In this document: positions 61,503 through 64,000 of the stretch, piece by piece
Position numbering within the stretch: the first letter of the stretch is position 1
Layout of the letters: the number at the start of each line of letters is the position of its first letter
DNA from: Felis catus
Lineage: Eukaryota
Assembly: GCF_018350175.1 (NCBI RefSeq)
Contig: NC_058383.1
Span: forward strand, 27,468,001 to 27,532,000
DNA length: 64,000 bases
Direction: 5' to 3'
Made by a program: the position numbers and the translations under genes
The notes under the pieces: model-generated
Database searches by the model: none
The model's input: only the letters and a program-made list of their open reading frames with translations
Told to the model about the DNA's origin: nothing

Positions 61503-62178
61503 TGTGAGCAGGGGAGGGGCAGAGATAAGAGGAGACACAGAATCTGAAGCAGGCTCCAGGCTCTGAGCTGTCAGCACAGAGCCTGGCGTGGGGCTTGAAC
61601 TCACAAACCTACAGATCATGACCTGAGCTGAAGTCAGACGCTTAACCGACTGAGCCACCCAGGCACCCTGATACTCTTCCTTTAAAGAGTTGAAGCATAA
61701 TTCCTATTTTCTTGAGAATGAGAAGAACTTAGCGACTTGTTTCTAATAAGCAGAATATGGTAGATACAATAGGGATGTGTAAGATTAGGTCACAGGAGGT
61801 ATTTTGGCCTCTTCTTTGTTTTCTCTCTTGAATTGTTTTTCTCAGGGGAAGTCACAAGAACACAAAAGCAGCCCTGTGGAGAAGTCTACAGGGTGAGGAC
61901 TGAGGCTTCCTGCCTGCAGCCAGTAATGAGCTGAGGCATCTTAGTCAACTGCTATGGAGTACGCCATCTTGGAATCAGCTCCTCCAGCCCCAGTCAAGCC
62001 TTCAGATGACTGATGCCCCAGCTGACATCTTAACTACCATTTCATGAAAGACTCTGAGCCAGACCCACCGAGCTAAGGCACTCCTGGATTCCTGACCTCG
62101 GAAACCAGTTGAGATATTTTAAATGGTTTTTTTTTTAAGCTTTTAACTGTTTGTTCCACAGCAGTAGATAACCAACAC
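61177..62178 (+). mobile_element. MLT1F-like MaLR LTR interrupted by two SINECs
   Basis: gcccacaaagtctttgatactc...gacttagcgacttgtttcta...gccatcttggaa...cctccagccccagtcaagccttcagatgactg...gcagtagataac. Confidence 0.88.
61224..61668 (-). mobile_element. Two tandem SINECs (about 61245-61441 nested in the tail of 61442-61668)
   Basis: outer TSD tgatactcttcctt at 61210-61223 and 61669-61682; inner TSD-like tttaa(t)gtttattt. Confidence 0.93.
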
Positions 62179-62519
62179 AAAGTGACTGACATGTTGAGGG
62201 AAGGAGTAAATGTTCTACCACTGGATATGCATGGCAGAGGGGAGGAGAGACTGGAAATGTCAAGTTGCAAAGGTCCTTGAAGTGCACGCTCAGAAATCTG
62301 ACCTCCATTCTGATGAGACTTGCTTGGGCCACCACAGGGCAGTAAGACTTGTGCATTTTTCACATCTAATAACACAAAAGTGGCATTCTTCTGTTTAGGT
62401 CTCTCAGTGGTCTCTCATTGCTTTGAGCAGAAAGGACAAATGCTAAGTAAAGCAGAGAGGGCCTTCAGTTTTCTTTCTCTTCCCTTCTTTCCTCTTTTTC
62501 TTTCAGCCTGATCTTTTGC

Positions 62520-62965
62520 CACTCTGTTGTGGCACTGTCCGCATCCCAATGCACACACATACACTGCAAATACTCCTTCTACCCCAAATACTTTGGTTTC
62601 TTAGAGATACTATGTTCTCTTAAGCTTTTATAGGCTTGCCCTTGTCCTGGGTACTATCCCTCATCTCTGCCTTTTGGACTACCTGGACTAACTATCCCTT
62701 TTTTTGGAAGCCTTTCTTTTCCCCCCCAGTTTGGGAAGGTGCCTCCCATTTACTCCCACCCTCTCACAGGTTAGTATGGGCAGATGTCATTGCACTCACA
62801 GGATTTTTCTGGTCTAAATGGACTCTTCTCATTTGTCTATTTCAGCAACTCTTTCCCCACCTAGACTTGAGCTCCACAAGAATTCACTGGTTGCACTTGC
62901 TTATTTTTTAATCTCTGAAGACAGCAGGTGTCTAATAAATGTTTGAACAAATGAACGAATACATG
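62520..62965 (+). mobile_element. L2 3' end
   Basis: ttttggaagcctttc...ctagacttgagctccacaag...cagcaggtgtctaataaatgtttgaacaaatgaacgaat. Confidence 0.75.
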
Positions 62966-63522
62966 ATTGAGTTGTTGATGACTGCTACACCTGCAGACGT
63001 CCAGACTTCTCTGTAGTTTGGTAGCTGGGTGATTTGTCTTGGAAGGGTTCTGAAGAAAAATAAGTCCAGCATTAAGGGGTCTTATCTTGCCCTATGGATG
63101 GATGTACCTCGTGTTTGAGCTGGACATAAACACGGATATAGCAATAGTGGGTCTCACTCTCCTCCACAAATCACTGGACCTGTTCCCCTCAGAGCGGACC
63201 AAGAGGCATTACCCTCACTTTGAAACATGACCTAATTTCACTGACTCATGGGCAGAAACCCTGAGATGCTGGTCCCTTTTGACCAATGTCCCCAATCTTT
63301 TCTCATACGACAGGGTAAAAAAAAAAGTATCCATAACCCTGATCATTTTCAAACAAGTGTGTTCCTGTTAACTGTTTGGAGCCCATTAACTATGTGAGGA
63401 CTGACTGTTTTAGGGGGGATTGGGTTTGGCTTGGACACAAGCTGGGGCAGAGCTGAGAATGTGAAGTGCCTCAGGTATATTAGTGCAAAATGGTGAGGCG
63501 GAAATTTGAGAATTATGTGGAA

Positions 63523-63730
63523 CAGAGGTCAGCAAACTACAGTCCACAAGCCAAATCCAGCTCTATTTTTTATGGCCCCTGAGCCAGGAATGGTTGTTAT
63601 AGTTTTTAATGGTTATATTTTAAATGGTTAGATAAGTGCCTATGTGATACCTTTGATTTTGCCTCTTGGCTTGCAAAGCCTAAAATGTTTATTATACATG
63701 GCCATTTAAGAAAAAGTTTGCTGATCCCTG
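63523..63730 (+). mobile_element. MER58 (B/C-like) hAT-Charlie MITE
   Basis: cagaggtcagcaaactacagtcc...gccaaatccagc...gcaaagcctaaaatgttta...aaaaagtttgctgatccctg. Confidence 0.88.
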
Positions 63731-64000
63731 GTGTATAATAAGAGAGAAAGACTTTCTCAGAGATGGAATCTGGTGAACAGACATGTCTACTTGGAGTTTT
63801 AAGTTCTTCTGTATCCCCTAGGGAATCCGTCTCACCTCTAGATTGGCCATTAAAACTTACCAGTCACCTGTCCTTTGGTGGGCAGGAAACACAGAGGGGA
63901 CTCGATGTATGCATCTGACAACAGGGAGAGGGCACGCAGAAGCAGAGGCTGGGGTCCCAGAGAGAAGCCATCGACCGGTCACTTAGGGCCTCCCTGTTAC

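Noticed and set aside
1..64000. CRISPR array, prokaryotic defence or other novel multi-gene system
   Set aside because: Mammalian repeat-rich non-coding DNA with no repeat-spacer arrays or operon-like ORFs; the only RT motif is a decayed L1

Overview
Mammalian non-coding DNA from a felid (cat family). The assignment rests on many Feliformia/Felidae-type CAN-SINEs (SINEC), including two very young SINEC_Fc-like copies, and a young felid-type L1 3' end. I can support no host protein-coding exon, RNA gene or CpG island. The ORF track is explained by L1 ORF2 remnants, SINE/LTR read-through, microsatellites and chance ORFs. The window is a gene-desert or deep-intron mosaic of ancient repeats (MIR, L2, L1M, MLT1/MLT2 solo LTRs, MER5/20/53/58/82/102/104/119) and carnivore/felid SINEC and L1 insertions, many with readable target-site duplications (TSDs). 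Between them lie repeat-free islands that look like developmental enhancers. The best signals are a perfect six-pentamer heat-shock-element array (36698-36727), a full CTCF site with core plus correctly spaced upstream motif (10195-10225), a MEIS/PBX-HOX/GATA composite (15750-16090), a FOX/homeodomain cluster (20860-21090), an unexplained ~270 bp insert inside an old L1 (32515-32790), serial SINE insertion at one site (47307-47742) and template-switch scars. I found no convincing novel multi-gene system. Repeat subfamily names come from my recall of consensus sequences and need RepeatMasker/Dfam confirmation. Boundaries of old repeats are approximate.
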